A stretch of 64,000 nucleotides of DNA, from contig JAUZTB010000064.1 of NCBI GenBank assembly GCA_034780895.1, positions 53,619,716 through 53,683,715 on the forward strand. The letters run 5' to 3'. Under the pieces are notes generated by a model. The model was not told where the DNA came from. It saw only the letters and a program-made list of their open reading frames with translations, and did not search any database. Positions within the stretch are counted from its first letter, which is position 1, and the number at the start of each line of letters is the position of its first letter. This DNA is from Rhynchobatus australiae (lineage: Eukaryota). The position numbers and the translations under genes were made by a program. Positions 12,258-24,479 of the stretch are shown one piece after another.

Positions 12258-14099
12258 CTAAGAAGCTAATGTTTCTTTTGATATTAATTATTTGTTCAGT
12301 CAGGATGATAGAATGCAAAGATAACAATAAATTAGCTTAAGGACATCCACTGAAACATGTCTGGAAGATCAGAACATTTTTGGGATATTAATTGGAAACT
12401 GACACTGCAATATTTGCAAAGTCTCATTTGAATTAAGGAAGATGTTCCACAAAGGAAACCTCACAGAACAAGGTGACGGGAAAATCAAAGTTAGAATATG
12501 ATATCATGACCGTTCCATGAATATCTGTCAATTAATGTTGAGACAGCTAAGGTTGACATCACACACTCCAGTTGAAATTATGAGCCTCCAATTATTGCTA
12601 TATTTTCCTGCAATGAGCACTGATGGAAGTGATTCTGTACCAATTAAGCAGAAATATGCCTTTATGAAACAAGAGGAATGAAACAAAAAGCTTCTGGTGG
12701 AGCTGACAGAGAATTCTACTAAGTATTGGCTAATGTCATTGCTTAGTTAAATATCTCTGTTTCCCACTGTTTGTTGGCAAAGGATTGATTGGCAAAGAGA
12801 AATTGGGCCCAAGTTAGATATTGGAAGCAACTTCATTGGAAGAAATAGAAATGCATTTGAAGAGATGGATGACCCTGGATAATGTGCTCAAATAGCAAAT
12901 GGCTTTAGAGGTTTGAATATTGACAGAGATAGGTTACACTGGCTAAATGCAGCAAGATTGATTCCCAATTGATAATTCAGGTATATAGGCAAGGGCAGAG
13001 AAGGCTAATCTGAAAGAACACCAGAACAACAAATTTGGTAAATGTTTGTAAACTACCACAAAATCCAGTTCATAGATTGCCCCTATGTACAAGTTGCTTC
13101 CTCCACTGTTGATCTCAGTTTTAGGAAAGCACCTTTTTTGAAAGTCATCAACATCTTTTCACAAAACCAATCTAATGTCCATGTAACTAAGTGCTGCTCA
13201 CATTACCAAGAGGACACAGAATATGAAGCCTGTTGATAAGCTGGTAAAGCAAAAGTTTGAAACTTGCACCCTTCCCTATAGTTTGTATATGGCAGCAGAG
13301 TAGGGAATCCCATGGGTCATAGCCTTCACTTAATTTCCCAGATTATGCACAGGTGATACACTCTGTGCATAATTTCCCAGTGTGTATCCCCTCCGATTGA
13401 GGTGTTAGGAGGGGATACACTCTGGAAAACTTTGCAGAGGAAAATAGCATGGGAAAGAGCTGCAAGGAACCAGATAGGCAGGTTTGGTCCAGGTTTGAGA
13501 TTGTGAGGTGTGGAGAGGGGAGATGGTGGACAGAGTGAGACAAAAAGAGAAAGGGTTTGGGAGAAAGATATGTGGAGCTGAAGGTAGGGGCTGGGTGAGA
13601 GATTCCAGAGCTTGCCCAGTCTCATCTTAATCCTCTTCTCTTCCTTTGTCTCTCCCCAATCTCTCTTTCCCCAAAATCCCCACTCTCATACTCACAGAAT
13701 ATCACTCTATTTGTCCCCCTGAAGCCCTCCTCCAACCCTATCTCTTTCACAAATGCGGCTTACACCCCTTAGATCAAGAGACCGTTGAGGTTAGAGTTGT
13801 TCCTGGCAATCCTGGGCTTTGACGGTTCATGTAAGGAAGATGCTAACTTGGCTCCAGAGACTGAGGTAGTAGGAAGGAAAGAGAAGGCTTAAGGCCCACC
13901 ATCAGGGGAGATCTGATTCTGAGAGCAGATGGAAGTGGGTCCAACAATGTGTTCTCATGTGGCATTGAATGTGGCTCTTAGTGATGTTGTAGTCCATAGT
14001 CTGGGAAACCATATTGATATTCATAGCAGTGTATAAATTTGTTTTAATGATTAGCAGTTCCAGTGAGGCAGTACTTGTCTTTAATGGAAACACAAAATA

Positions 14100-14860
14100 G
14101 ATGATAGCAAATATTCATTCTGTGCTCAGATATGGTCTCCTCTGTATTGGAGAAACCAAACATATTGGATGACAACTTTGCAGAAAAACCTCTGTTCTGT
14201 CCACAGGATTGCCTGTCACTTTAATTCTCCATTCCACTTGCATTCTGATCTATCTGCCTATGGCCTCCTACAGTGTTCTAATGTAGCCTACCATAAACCT
14301 GAGGAACAGAACCTCATTTTTCATATAGGCATGTGGCTGCCTTTGGAACTCACAACCTAACTCAACAATTTCAGATAACTCACTTTTCCTGGTTTGTATA
14401 ATATCTAGCCATTTGTGCTGTAAGGTTATCCATCTGTAACATTAGCTTAGTTTTTCTCTCTCCTCAGAGACTGTCTGATCTGCTGGGCATTTCCAGCATT
14501 CTTATTCTGGTTTCAAGCTTCTGATTTGCATTTCACAGCATTAACCTGTCACGTTATTTTCTCTCTAAATAACTGTCCTCATTGATCTTTTAATGAGAAA
14601 ACTCTGTAATTATTAATGTAAATTGGTGCAACTCTGATCTCACCCTGACAGATATATTCCCTTTGTTTCATCCACCACTCTCCCATCTCTCTACAACCTA
14701 AAACTAACTTGTCTTTTCATTTTACCAGTTCTGATGAAGGGTCTTTAACCTGAAACATTAACTCTTTTCACGTTTCACTGACTCTACCTGACCTGAATGC
14801 TTTTGCCACTTTCGTCTTTTAAGTCAGATTTCAAATAATATCTGCAGTTTTTATTTTTCT
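14100..14860 (+). mobile_element. Degenerate Penelope-like element (GIY-YIG C-terminus and terminal repeat)
   Basis: GLLCIGETK...IACHFNSP...EEQNLIFHIG remnants; terminal ctgatgaagggtc...cctgaaac motif. Confidence 0.8.
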
Positions 14861-15637
14861 CTATAATGTCCTTAGAGTAGTTACATTTCAATAAGGCACA
14901 AACAAAATTGAATACTGGTTAAACAAATGTTTTTTTTTCGGGTTGGGGGGCTTCTTTAAAGAGGAGTGGTTGAGAGAAGGAATTCCAGAGCATGAAGTTG
15001 AGGCAAATGGATTTTGAGACCAGCAATGGTAGACATCAAAGTTCAAATGTAAGGAGCTCAGAAGGGGTAGGCTGCCAGTTAGTTTAAGTCTGAGGTAGTA
15101 GGGACCAAGAACAATGGTAGTAAAAACAGTGTCTGGTTATGAGGATGTAGAACAGAATATGGGCAACAGAACTTTGAGTCAAGTTTATAGAGACAGGAGC
15201 AGCAATAATATTATAAAGTTTTACCTCAATTATGCTTGGTGATGGCATTTAGCACAATTGAGAATAAAATAATGCATGCATTTTATGGAAATAGAGACAG
15301 ATGTTTATGTTATGTACAATGTCTCTGTTTTATTGTAGGTATTTGGCTCCAATGCTCCTTGTGGTTCCCTCTGTAGTTTTGTTATAGAATATTTGCCTAA
15401 CCATTGATGGCATCCAAGTGTTGGATACATCTCATTTTAGACAATTTTAGGGTGGAAGTGGGTAAGGATTGATTCTCTATGATGGAAAAAATGCATTTCA
15501 TTTTTGCTGGTTTTATGGGGAGGTGAAGGAGCTTTGTGTTTGATTCCTGGGTGTGTAATGACAATACATTCCAGATTTACCACTCTAAGAAAGCTGGCTC
15601 CCTCATGGTATTAGTCCCAGCTTGTAAAATTCTCAAT

Positions 15638-16512
15638 TTGAACATAGAACAGTACAGCATTGGATAGGACATTTGGCCCTTGATGTTGTGCCAGTCTTGA
15701 TGCCAGTTTATACTAAATGGCCTCTTTTTGTGTATCATCCATATCCCTCCATTCTCTTCATATTCATGTCTGTATCTAAAAGCCACCAAATTGTCTGCTT
15801 CCANNNNNNNNNNNNNNNNNNNNNNNNNNNNNNNNNNNNNNNNNNNNNNNNNNNNNNNNNNNNNNNNNNNNNNNNNNNNNNNNNNNNNNNNNNNNNNNNN
15901 NNNAATTGTCTGCTTCCACTGTAACCCATTCCAGGCACCTACCACTCTCTGTGTAAAACAAAACTTGCCCCTGACATCGCCTTTAAACTTCCCCTCTAAC
16001 CTTAAAATTATGCCCTCTGGTGTTTGACATTTCTACCCTGGGGAAAAGAATCTGACTGTCTACCCTATCTATTCCTCTCATAATATTAAAAACCTCTCCT
16101 CAGCCTCCAACACTCTAGGGAGAACAACCTATGTCTGTGCAACCTTTTCTTATAGCTCATACCCTCTAATCCAGGCAGCATCCTGGTAAACCTCTTCTGC
16201 ACCCTTTCCAGTTTCCACATCCTTCCTATAATTGGGTGACCAGAACTGCACCAAATACTCCAAGTGTGGTCTGACTAAAGTTTTGTATTGCTGCAGCATG
16301 ACTTCCTTACTCTTTTACTCAACACCCCTACCAATGAAGGCAAGCATGCCATATGCCTTCTTTACCACTTTACCCACTTGCATAGCTACTTTCAGTGAAC
16401 TATGGATCTGGACCCCAAGATCCCTGTGTACCTCAATGCTATTAAGGGGCCTACCATTAACTGTATACTTTCTCCTTTTATTTGACCTCCCAAAGTGCAA
16501 CACCTCACACTT
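15638..16512 (-). mobile_element. CR1 LINE 3' fragment
   Basis: LHFGRSNKRRKYTVNG...RDLGVQIHSSLKVAMQVGKVVKKAYGMLAFIGRGVE and ttctatgttc tail. Confidence 0.92.
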
Positions 16513-16666
16513 TTGTATTCAAAAGGACCTGAATTTTCAAACCTCCATATCTCAAACTTACATACTTACAAATGTTCTTTGGTGTTCCAAGCATCTGTGT
16601 TTTCTGGGTTGCTGGAACACTGGACTGATGCTTGGCAAGATATGAACCAGGATCAGCCTCACTTAC

Positions 16667-16710
16667 AGTGGGTTTGATTTTCCCCTATGTAGATAGCAGC
16701 AGATTTAAAA
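16667..16710 (-). CDS. Exon (FKSAAIYIGENQTH-Y)
   Basis: Strong acceptor tttcttccattttcag and donor CT|gtaagt; 44 nt, phase 2 to 1. Confidence 0.6.
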
Positions 16711-17395
16711 CTGAAAATGGAAGAAATAGATTTGAAAATGTAAGATTAGGGCTTTGCTTATTGTTTTACTAGTGAAATATTTGCTGCCTGGGAACTGAGT
16801 TTTCTCATTAGTCAAGGTATTTGCACATATAAATGGCAGCTAATTATCAAGTGATGTATTTACTACAGTGCCATGTAGATATTCTTTCCCACACAATGCT
16901 AGCAAATGAGGAAGGAGTATACTTAACCCTTAAAGTTATTGTGAACTTCAGTTCAGACTGACTAGGAGCCTGAAATAATGGTGAGAAAGCAGGGCCAGTT
17001 GAATCTACAACACATTTCTGTCATGTTGTCTCTATACAGACTGGAGAAAAAAAATGTCAGGAACTGCACCAACTTCAGGAAGAACTTGAAGAAAGGGAGT
17101 AACTCAATTTCTATGACTAATAGTCAATCACGCCAAAGAACCTGGTACATTGTATAAGGCTGGTCTATCAGCAGACTGTGACCAAAAGATTTCAGCAGTC
17201 ATTGAATGAACTCACTCCCTCCACAAAACAAAACAGTTTTAAGGAGTGGCAGGTTAGGGGGTCATACATCTGAAACTAAGGAGCAGCAATTGCCAATTCA
17301 AGCTGTTGATGTTCACGCACTGCGTGGACAGAGGAAATAAGTAGCCAGTGCTCAGACTTAAACAACATTCTGATAATTCATTTGCCATTGCTTAC

Positions 17396-17546
17396 AATGT
17401 AGCAGAAGTCCACCATGCTGATAATGGAAGAACTGAACACGACAGTGTAGGATTTGATGGTTTGCTTATTGTCTTTGATACTTTGAGTAATAGCTGAATC
17501 ACTCATTGAAAGGCATTTGGAAGTGTTGTCAGCTGCGTTTGTACTT
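17396..17546 (-). pseudogene. Exon with in-frame TGA (VQTQLTTLPNAFQ*VIQLLLKVSKTISKPSNPTLSCSVLPLSAWWTSAT)
   Basis: Acceptor aacttttcag, donor TT|gtaagc; 151 nt; the frame that fits both neighbours (phase 1 to 2) has TGA at 17503-17505. Confidence 0.5.
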
Positions 17547-18335
17547 CTGAAAAGTTGCACATAGAATGTGTTCATCAGGTTTTGTACTCAGCATGGATTT
17601 GAAATCTTGGGTTATTTTAATTCATTACTGTTGACATTTTCTTGGCAAAACGTCAGATAATGGAGAAGGTAACAACAACTGTGAAAATGTTGAGTGTTCG
17701 TACACTGTAGCACCAGTCTCTCCCATTTGTGCAAACCTCTGGTGTGATATTTCATGAGATGTCGAGGCCCAACACTGTGGCTGCAGACAATAAGCCATTG
17801 AATCTGGAAATTCCAACACCATTTAAGGAGAAGCTAGGCAAATACCTGAGGGAGAAGAGAATAAAAGTTTANNNNNNNAACTTTAAAATGAGAAAGACCG
17901 CAGAGGAGCACAAATGCCACATTGGTTTTGTTGGGTTGAAATTCCTGTTTCCATGCTGTATATTCTGCACAATTCTATGCAGATCTACTGCAGAATTCTG
18001 TTGCCTTTGCATCTTGCTGCAGCTGGTCATAAATGGAAGCCATTTACTCTCCTGAGCCACCTTGGATTATTCATGTATAGGAAACTAGATGATATCATCT
18101 GCTGGGGAGTAGCAGAAAGCAGTCAACAAGGGGGGCTGTGGCAAAAGAACGGTATCACTGACACCAATTTCGTGAATGTTTATTGCTTTGTTTGGATAAC
18201 CCCATCCCTGGAGCACCTTCAATTTCAGTGACAGTGATTCTTCAACACTGTAACCAGAACCCAGGGAAAACTATCTTAAGATGGGCTGCCTTTTTTGTCT
18301 TCTGACATTACTGGCTGCCCTTCTCTTCTGCTTAC

Positions 18336-18367
18336 AGACCTCCATTAAATTAAGCTGCTGATATGCA
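18336..18367 (-). CDS. Candidate 32-nt exon (AYQQLNLMEV)
   Basis: Acceptor ttgctttcag, donor CT|gtaagc; phase 2 to 1. Confidence 0.45.
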
Positions 18368-18519
18368 CTGAAAGCAATTGTCATTGCTGTGACCTTTCTG
18401 GGTGCACAAACTGATAGCTTCTCATTCTGGGATTATGAAAACCTGTCTAAACCCTAACACCCTTAACACGCAGACAGGATTAATGTATCCAGGAATAATG
18501 TGTGAGGAAAACAATTTAC

Positions 18520-18607
18520 TAAGACTCCCAATTCACAAGCAATAAATTCTGAACTTTTAAACAGAACATGTCACCTATTTGTTGTGATGCACCAGCATCT
18601 AAAGTGC
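18520..18607 (-). CDS. Exon (TLDAGASQQIGDMFCLKVQNLLLVNWES-Y), acceptor uncertain
   Basis: Phase-1 acceptors give starts at 18607 (tttgctcctag) or 18574 (acaaatag); donor TA|gtaaat, phase 2; open. Confidence 0.5.
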
Positions 18608-18768
18608 CTAGGAGCAAATTTAATACCAAGCACCGGGAAACCAGGAACTGCAATTGGCAGTGACACCCCTGAAAATGTTGCCCTGTATTACCCAACTTTG
18701 TACATCTAGGCAGTGACATGGTGGGTCACAAAACATACAGCAGGGGACTGATTAGCCATTGGATTTAC

Positions 18769-18862
18769 CTTTCCATTCCAATCCAGAGATGGACAACTTG
18801 ACACATCCCATTGAGAGACCCATTTCATCCTCATAAATATTCACCGCTCTGCCTGGGCTGAT
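18769..18862 (-). CDS. Exon (ISPGRAVNIYEDEMGLSMGCVKLSISGLEWK-G)
   Basis: Acceptor ctttaacag, donor AAG|gtaaat; 94 nt, phase 0 to 1; other frames are closed. Confidence 0.65.
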
Positions 18863-18987
18863 CTGTTAAAGCTTGCCCCATTCAATTGATGAATTTCATA
18901 TGAAGTGAGGAATATCATCTAGAAAATCATAATCTAATGATTATTAACTTTTAGTCAGCAAGATATTTTAAAAGACTGGCTAATTAC

Positions 18988-19158
18988 CAGAATTGAAAAT
19001 AGTTTTCTGCTAGATTGGAGATTTAGACTTAAAGGAGTAGTTGTTAAATTTATTAGAAGCTTCCACAAATATTGGTGGTATTGGAGAAGCTTTGATAGGA
19101 AAGTGGCAGGAGGAAATTGATGTAGAAAACCAAGATAGGACACTGTGGGATAAGAATC
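18988..19158 (-). CDS. Exon (DSYPTVSYLGFLHQFPPATFLSKLLQYHQYLWKLLINLTTTPLSLNLQSSRKLFSIL)
   Basis: Acceptor catctgcag, donor CTG|gtaatt; 171 nt, phase 0 to 0, open. Confidence 0.7.
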
Positions 19159-19862
19159 CTGCAGATGTATACGTTATTAAATATGTTGACTTGAAAGTGT
19201 GAATTACAGGTTGTTTTATTTTTCTTTGATAAATAGGTAAGGCTTTTGAATTTCACTGTAGTTGTCTGTCAGAGAAATTATATAGTACCTTTCAAGAGGG
19301 ATCTATATTCTGGCATTCAGCACTCATCAAGCTTATTGTTATCACCTAACAGCTCGGATTACTATTACATGCAGCAAGATGAACTCTGGGATACACTACT
19401 CATTCCGTTAACTCTTTGGATGCTTTACAGGCTCATTTGTCATCAAAATATCAAGTCCATTGCAATTACCTAAGCCTAAACCAAATACTAAAATCTTGTA
19501 TTTTCCTGGAAAAAAGGTGTAAAGGGGTGGCTTTTCTACTTTTGCTCTTCCTGCTCAGTGCATAAACGGTCTGCTCAGTCTGATTTTGTGTGACATTGTA
19601 CCTTTCATTGTATGCATTCTGTGAATGTGCACATTGGTTACCCCTGAGCCATGTGTCATTGAATAATGGCTCTGGTCACCTTGTGGTTACCCTTTGATTT
19701 GTTGTGGTGGTTCAAGTGCAGCTGACACAATTGAAGGGCACAGAATGAAGGTTTATCCTTGCTGCCAAGATACTAAATGTCGACTGCCTGATCTGATGCC
19801 TATGTTCACAGGGTGTAACCACTTATTAGATGTTGAAAGAGTGGAATTCCATTTGGACCTAC

Positions 19863-19983
19863 AATGGGGCAGAGTGGCATGATGTGCTCACAGCAGATTT
19901 TGAGTTCATGCTTGAAGACAGGAAAGAAGTCGTTCAGCACTTGCCTCCTCACTCCCTGTAGACTTCTATAACTTGAAACAAAT
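19863..19983 (-). CDS. Exon (FVSSYRSLQGVRRQVLNDFFPVFKHELKICCEHIMPLCPI)
   Basis: Acceptor atacttttcag, donor ATT|gtaggt; 121 nt, phase 2 to 0, open. Confidence 0.7.
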
Positions 19984-20439
19984 CTGAAAAGTATCAAACT
20001 TGTACAAATGTACTAAAAGCCAGCAATTAAACTTATAGTAGTATAGAAGTAGAGCCAAAGTCCTTTTTGTTACTGAATGTACATTTTACTCCAGATTGTG
20101 CAGTCTGGAGATTCAAGTTCTAAAATGGCAGCATTGCACCAGATCAGCATTGCAACCAGGATACATCCATTCTGTGTGCAACCCACTTCACTCCATGAGT
20201 AACCATCCATGCCATGGATGCCATTATGGACCTCTTAGATCTTTTATGCCATCCACACTATTTTCTTCCATCAATCTGGACTCCTCAATTCCCTGCCCCA
20301 GATCTTGCCATCTACATGTACTTTTTGAGATAATTGATTTAGGGTCCAGAAGTGGAAACTACCCAGTTCTCTGGAGTTATTGAACACTTTGAATGCAACC
20401 CAAGATCAGTGCATCTGAGAGAGGAGAGGAGAAGAGGAG

Positions 20440-20885
20440 AGCAAATTCTACAAAAGTACAATTGGCAAGTTTCTTACATCAAAATTCAGCTGTCACAGCT
20501 AATCAGGAAGAATATGATTGCGCGTTTGGAACAGAGAACTCCAAGAATTGTGGTTGAATGCAAGGAGGAGGTTTCCATTGGCTGGGAGGTCTAGAACCGA
20601 GTCTCGGGATATGAGACAAGTCATTTCAAGCTGACATAAGGAGAAATTTCTTCATTTAGAAGATAGTGAATTTGTGAAATTCTCTACCACAGAAGGCCAT
20701 GGAGGTCAAATGGCTGAATATGTTTTAAGAAGATAGATTTCTAGCCACAAAATCATCAAGGTGTGGAGAGTGTGCAGGAGTTTTGTCCCAAGACAGAGAA
20801 TCAGTCATAATCATATTGAATGGTAGTATATACTCAAAGGACTGAATGGGCTATTCCTGCTTCTATTTTTCTACACTTCTGTGAG
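20440..20885 (+). mobile_element. CR1 LINE 3' fragment
   Basis: Typical CR1 end: gtctagaacc, aggagaaatttcttca, aagggactgaatgggctattcctgcttctat. Confidence 0.8.
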
Positions 20886-20929
20886 CAGCTCTGAATCAAA
20901 GTACATAATTCTGCTTTAAAGATACTTAC

Positions 20930-20954
20930 TTGTACCACCCGTCAAGAATTACAA
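20930..20954 (-). CDS. 25-nt microexon (VILDGWY-K)
   Basis: Acceptor tttttgccatttag, donor CAA|gtaagt; its only open frame is phase 1 to 2, exactly what both neighbours require. Confidence 0.65.
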
Positions 20955-21185
20955 CTAAATGGCAAAAATATTTGTGTTTTGGATGGTAATGGTTACTTAA
21001 GATTTGAAAGGATGATAAATATCATTTGTGGTCATTTGATTTCACTCAGGTAGTCAAAGCTTGCCAGGCACATACATCCTGATGTATTCACAGTTGCTAT
21101 GTTGATGTTTGAAAAATGCTTGGCAGCATTTTCTCATTGATAAACATATTGCAACAATATAAAGTTGTCATAGTGTTATTCATAC

Positions 21186-21322
21186 AGAATACGATTGTAA
21201 TATATAAAATCAAAGGTTCCTTTCCATCAACAGAATAAAAGTCTGCCAAATATTGTTTTTTTAATGCTGTAAGCTCCATAAATAATTGAAATATTCGCAG
21301 CATACATTTGCATGTCATCAGA
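21186..21322 (-). CDS. Exon (LMTCKCMLRIFQLFMELTALKKQYLADFYSVDGKEPLILYITIVF-F)
   Basis: Acceptor ttttcccacatcatag, donor CT|gtatga; 137 nt, phase 2 to 1; same frame as ORF 21097..21318. Confidence 0.7.
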
Positions 21323-22639
21323 CTATGATGTGGGAAAACACTTTTATCATTCTAAAACATAAGTGTTGCTTGCTGCGATTAATACTCTTGGAATAAAACT
21401 AGTATTCTGCCGAGCAAAAACAGGTAATAGTGAATCAGCAGCCTGCTTTATAACCCATTCAATATTCTTTCTCATTGGGGTAAGAAACAAGGCCTAATTA
21501 ATGGACCGGTATTTTGCTCTTCTCAGTCATTTGCAAGGTATCTAATCCACGTTAGATTATTTCTCAGGTGTACAAGGGAGCACCCCAAGACGAATACTTT
21601 GCTTATCCTGATAAGATAGGTAACAAGATCTTGCAGTTGTACACTCAAGGGATAATAACACAATAATTGACACTAAGCAAATGAAGGTGATGGTCATCCA
21701 GGATTGGGGCAAGTGACCAGAAATTTTGCCTAATAGGTAGTCTTTGAAGATATTTGAACCCAGTCCATGTTCTGGAATGGCATCTTTAGAGTGAAATGAT
21801 CAGGCCCTGACATATATAATTCTTTTCTCCCTCCACCTCCCATCCCACCCCCACCACCACCACCACCACCTTCCCCAACCAATTTCCCTTGACCTTAGTT
21901 TAACCTGGGCTTCATAAAGCAAAACTTCATCACATACTTCAAGGGCAATTCATTTCATCTTGTCTTTGGAATTCATCTCTTTTGTCCCTGTTGCAAAACA
22001 CTTGTTTATTACAATATGACTCTGATTTAGTCAAAATGTTTGTGAAGATTGTTTTATTACACAATTAATCAGAGGCAAGAATAAACAGTTTACACTATTC
22101 AAGTAAACACAGTTCTCACGTCCCTTCTGCTGTCCTTGGCACCAGCTACTTCAAGAGTCTTCAATAGCCCGTGACACCACTCAGCCACAATTGTAGTTTG
22201 AGGCAAAGTCTGCTCAATCAATCCAGGAAATATACAGTTCTCAAGAGAAAACAAAACAGTACTTTTACATCCCTTCTACTGTTGCAATGCCCCAGAGATA
22301 GCAGATTTAAGCATATCTCCTCTGTTTATGGTCCCTAGATCACTCACTACTCCAGTACCAAAGAGCACTTCACCACATCAGAGGAAAAATCTCCTTTTAT
22401 ACACACAATCAAACATCTTCCTGTTGCATGACGTACTTTTTGTCACATGACAGATCACTATAGCAATCAGCTGTTTACAACATTCCTGATACATTAACCA
22501 TTACCACATCAATAGTTTTTAACAATGTTAGCAGCACATATCACAAAGTTTTAATATACTAAGCATTAATTGTATAATATCACTATTTTAATTACAAAGT
22601 TCCTGTCATCTCCTGCATCATACAACAGTCCTGTCTGGA

Positions 22640-23440
22640 TCATAACTGTAATGAGGGCTGGAGCCAGCTGACCATTGATTAGTGGGTTATAAGTGAGTAA
22701 GTGACGTTTTTCAGCAACTCCTTCCATCATTTTTCTGATGATTGAAAATAGGCTGATGAGAAAATAACTGGTCAGATTTGATTTGTCCTGCTCTTTGATG
22801 AAAGCACATGCCCAGTTACTTTTCCATAGCGCTGAACGGTTGCCAGTGTTGTAACTGTAGTACAGTTGTTGTAACTGTACTACAAAAGCTTGGCTGGATG
22901 CACAGTTAGCTTTGGAGCACATCTTCAGCTCTAAGACAGAACGTCGCCAGGGCCCGCAACATTTAATGTGTCAGCCATTTTTTGACATCACTTGGAGTGA
23001 ATTAAATTTTTCTGAAGCCAGGATCTGTGAAAATGGGCATTTTGGACAAGTCCAAGATTAATCATCTACTTGGCACTTCCAATTAAAGATGGTTGCAGCT
23101 GTTTCTATTTTCCTTTGGTGCTCATATTTCTTGGTGTGTCCTTGTTGAAGACATGACTGCTCATGAAGCTTCCCCCTCCTATTAGCTGTTTAATTGCCCA
23201 CTACTGTTCATTAGATATGACAGAATCATGTAGCTTTTATTTGATCCATATTTATGGGATTGCTTAGCCCTGTCTATGGTATACTACTGCTGCTTAGCAT
23301 ATTGTTGGTCTTTTTCTTGTACTGCACTTTAAAAATATTTTAAGCTACCAGTCACAGCAGACTCTGCCACACATTGAATTGGGGCTGGTCCCCTAGCTTC
23401 ATACTAATCATCAGGGGTGGTTATATGCCAAGTGGCGAAG
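22640..23440 (-). mobile_element. Old CR1/L2-superfamily LINE RT fragment
   Basis: KEQDKSNLTSYFLISLFSIIRKMMEGV resembles the LINE RT N-terminal K.DKSNP.NYRPISLLS..K motif. Confidence 0.7.
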
Positions 23441-23828
23441 TTACATATTATGGTGGAATGTGGTTCTGCTACAGTGGCTTGTGCTTTATCAGCATGAAAC
23501 AGGTTGGGGCATTCATCACAGCTATATTAATATGGTAATTACAATATATTACTTCCTAATTACACAGCTGCTTATTGGACTAAAATCAAACACCTCTTCT
23601 TATCTTTTCAGTTACATTAAAGAAATAGCAAAGTTCTCTGTGTGGCATTTAGGCACTAATTTAGTGATAGCAGAGTCAACTAATAAGGAATACATTTCTG
23701 TGTTTGCTCTTCATATTGAATTTAGTAACTACTATAAATTGATCCTGTGGGTTGAAGAATGCAACAACACAAACCAAGACCTAATATCATGCAGCAAATC
23801 AAGCAAATAAACTTTACTAACCACCTAC

Positions 23829-23978
23829 TGATTTCCATGTTTCTCCTGTTCTGGTAATGCCTGTAAAGTCCTGCTGAGTTGCCCCAGTAGTTTGAGTCCA
23901 TATGTGATAATTTTCCTCCAGTTTGGCATGTAATATTGTTTACATTCATTTGTTGCACAAGTCATGTTACCCACCCAA
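23829..23978 (-). CDS. Exon (WVGNMTCATNECKQYYMPNWRKIITYGLKLLGQLSRTLQALPEQEKHGN-H)
   Basis: Acceptor ttttcaccttcactag, donor CA|gtaggt; 150 nt, phase 2 to 2, open. Confidence 0.7.
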
Positions 23979-24479
23979 CTAGTGAAGGTGAAAATTTGCA
24001 AATTAAGCAGATTGTGAAGTTAATTAACCTTATACCAGTGTTTATCAAACTGAACCTCCACCACGGAACTGACATGGAAAACCCAAAAAATACCCTTGCT
24101 TTCACTATTTAAAGGGATCATTAATTACTTGCAGGTGTTGTTTGTTTAAATGAATTATTGGTTGGAGTGCAGTGATTGTACTTCCAGAGCTTGTTACAGA
24201 TTATAAACACTATATAAAGTGATATGACAGAAAGAAGGATTTTATTTTCACTTCATGGCTTTAACTGGCTCTGTTGCTTTTCCTCTAAGAGGGCAGCATT
24301 TTGGGAAAAATGGAAGGAGTGCACACAGAGTAGTGCAATGTGCTAGAAGTGGAGGTGTATCCACAGTGGAAAACCTCTTTACCAAGGTTTTTCAGAGAAT
24401 GAGTCTCCCACATGCACCTTAGCAAGGAGCAGTGCATGAAGTAACACTGTTTCAGTGAAGAGATCCTGTGAAATAGAGT

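Noticed and set aside
4553-17505. In-frame stops as selenocysteine or programmed readthrough
   Set aside because: Stops are of all three types and accompanied by frameshifts; no SECIS seen; decay is simpler.
17378-17575. Stop-free frame STNAADNTSK...FCYI for the 17.4 kb exon
   Set aside because: Phase 2 to 0 does not fit the downstream exon 16710 (phase 2), so the TGA-containing frame was preferred; not fully excluded.
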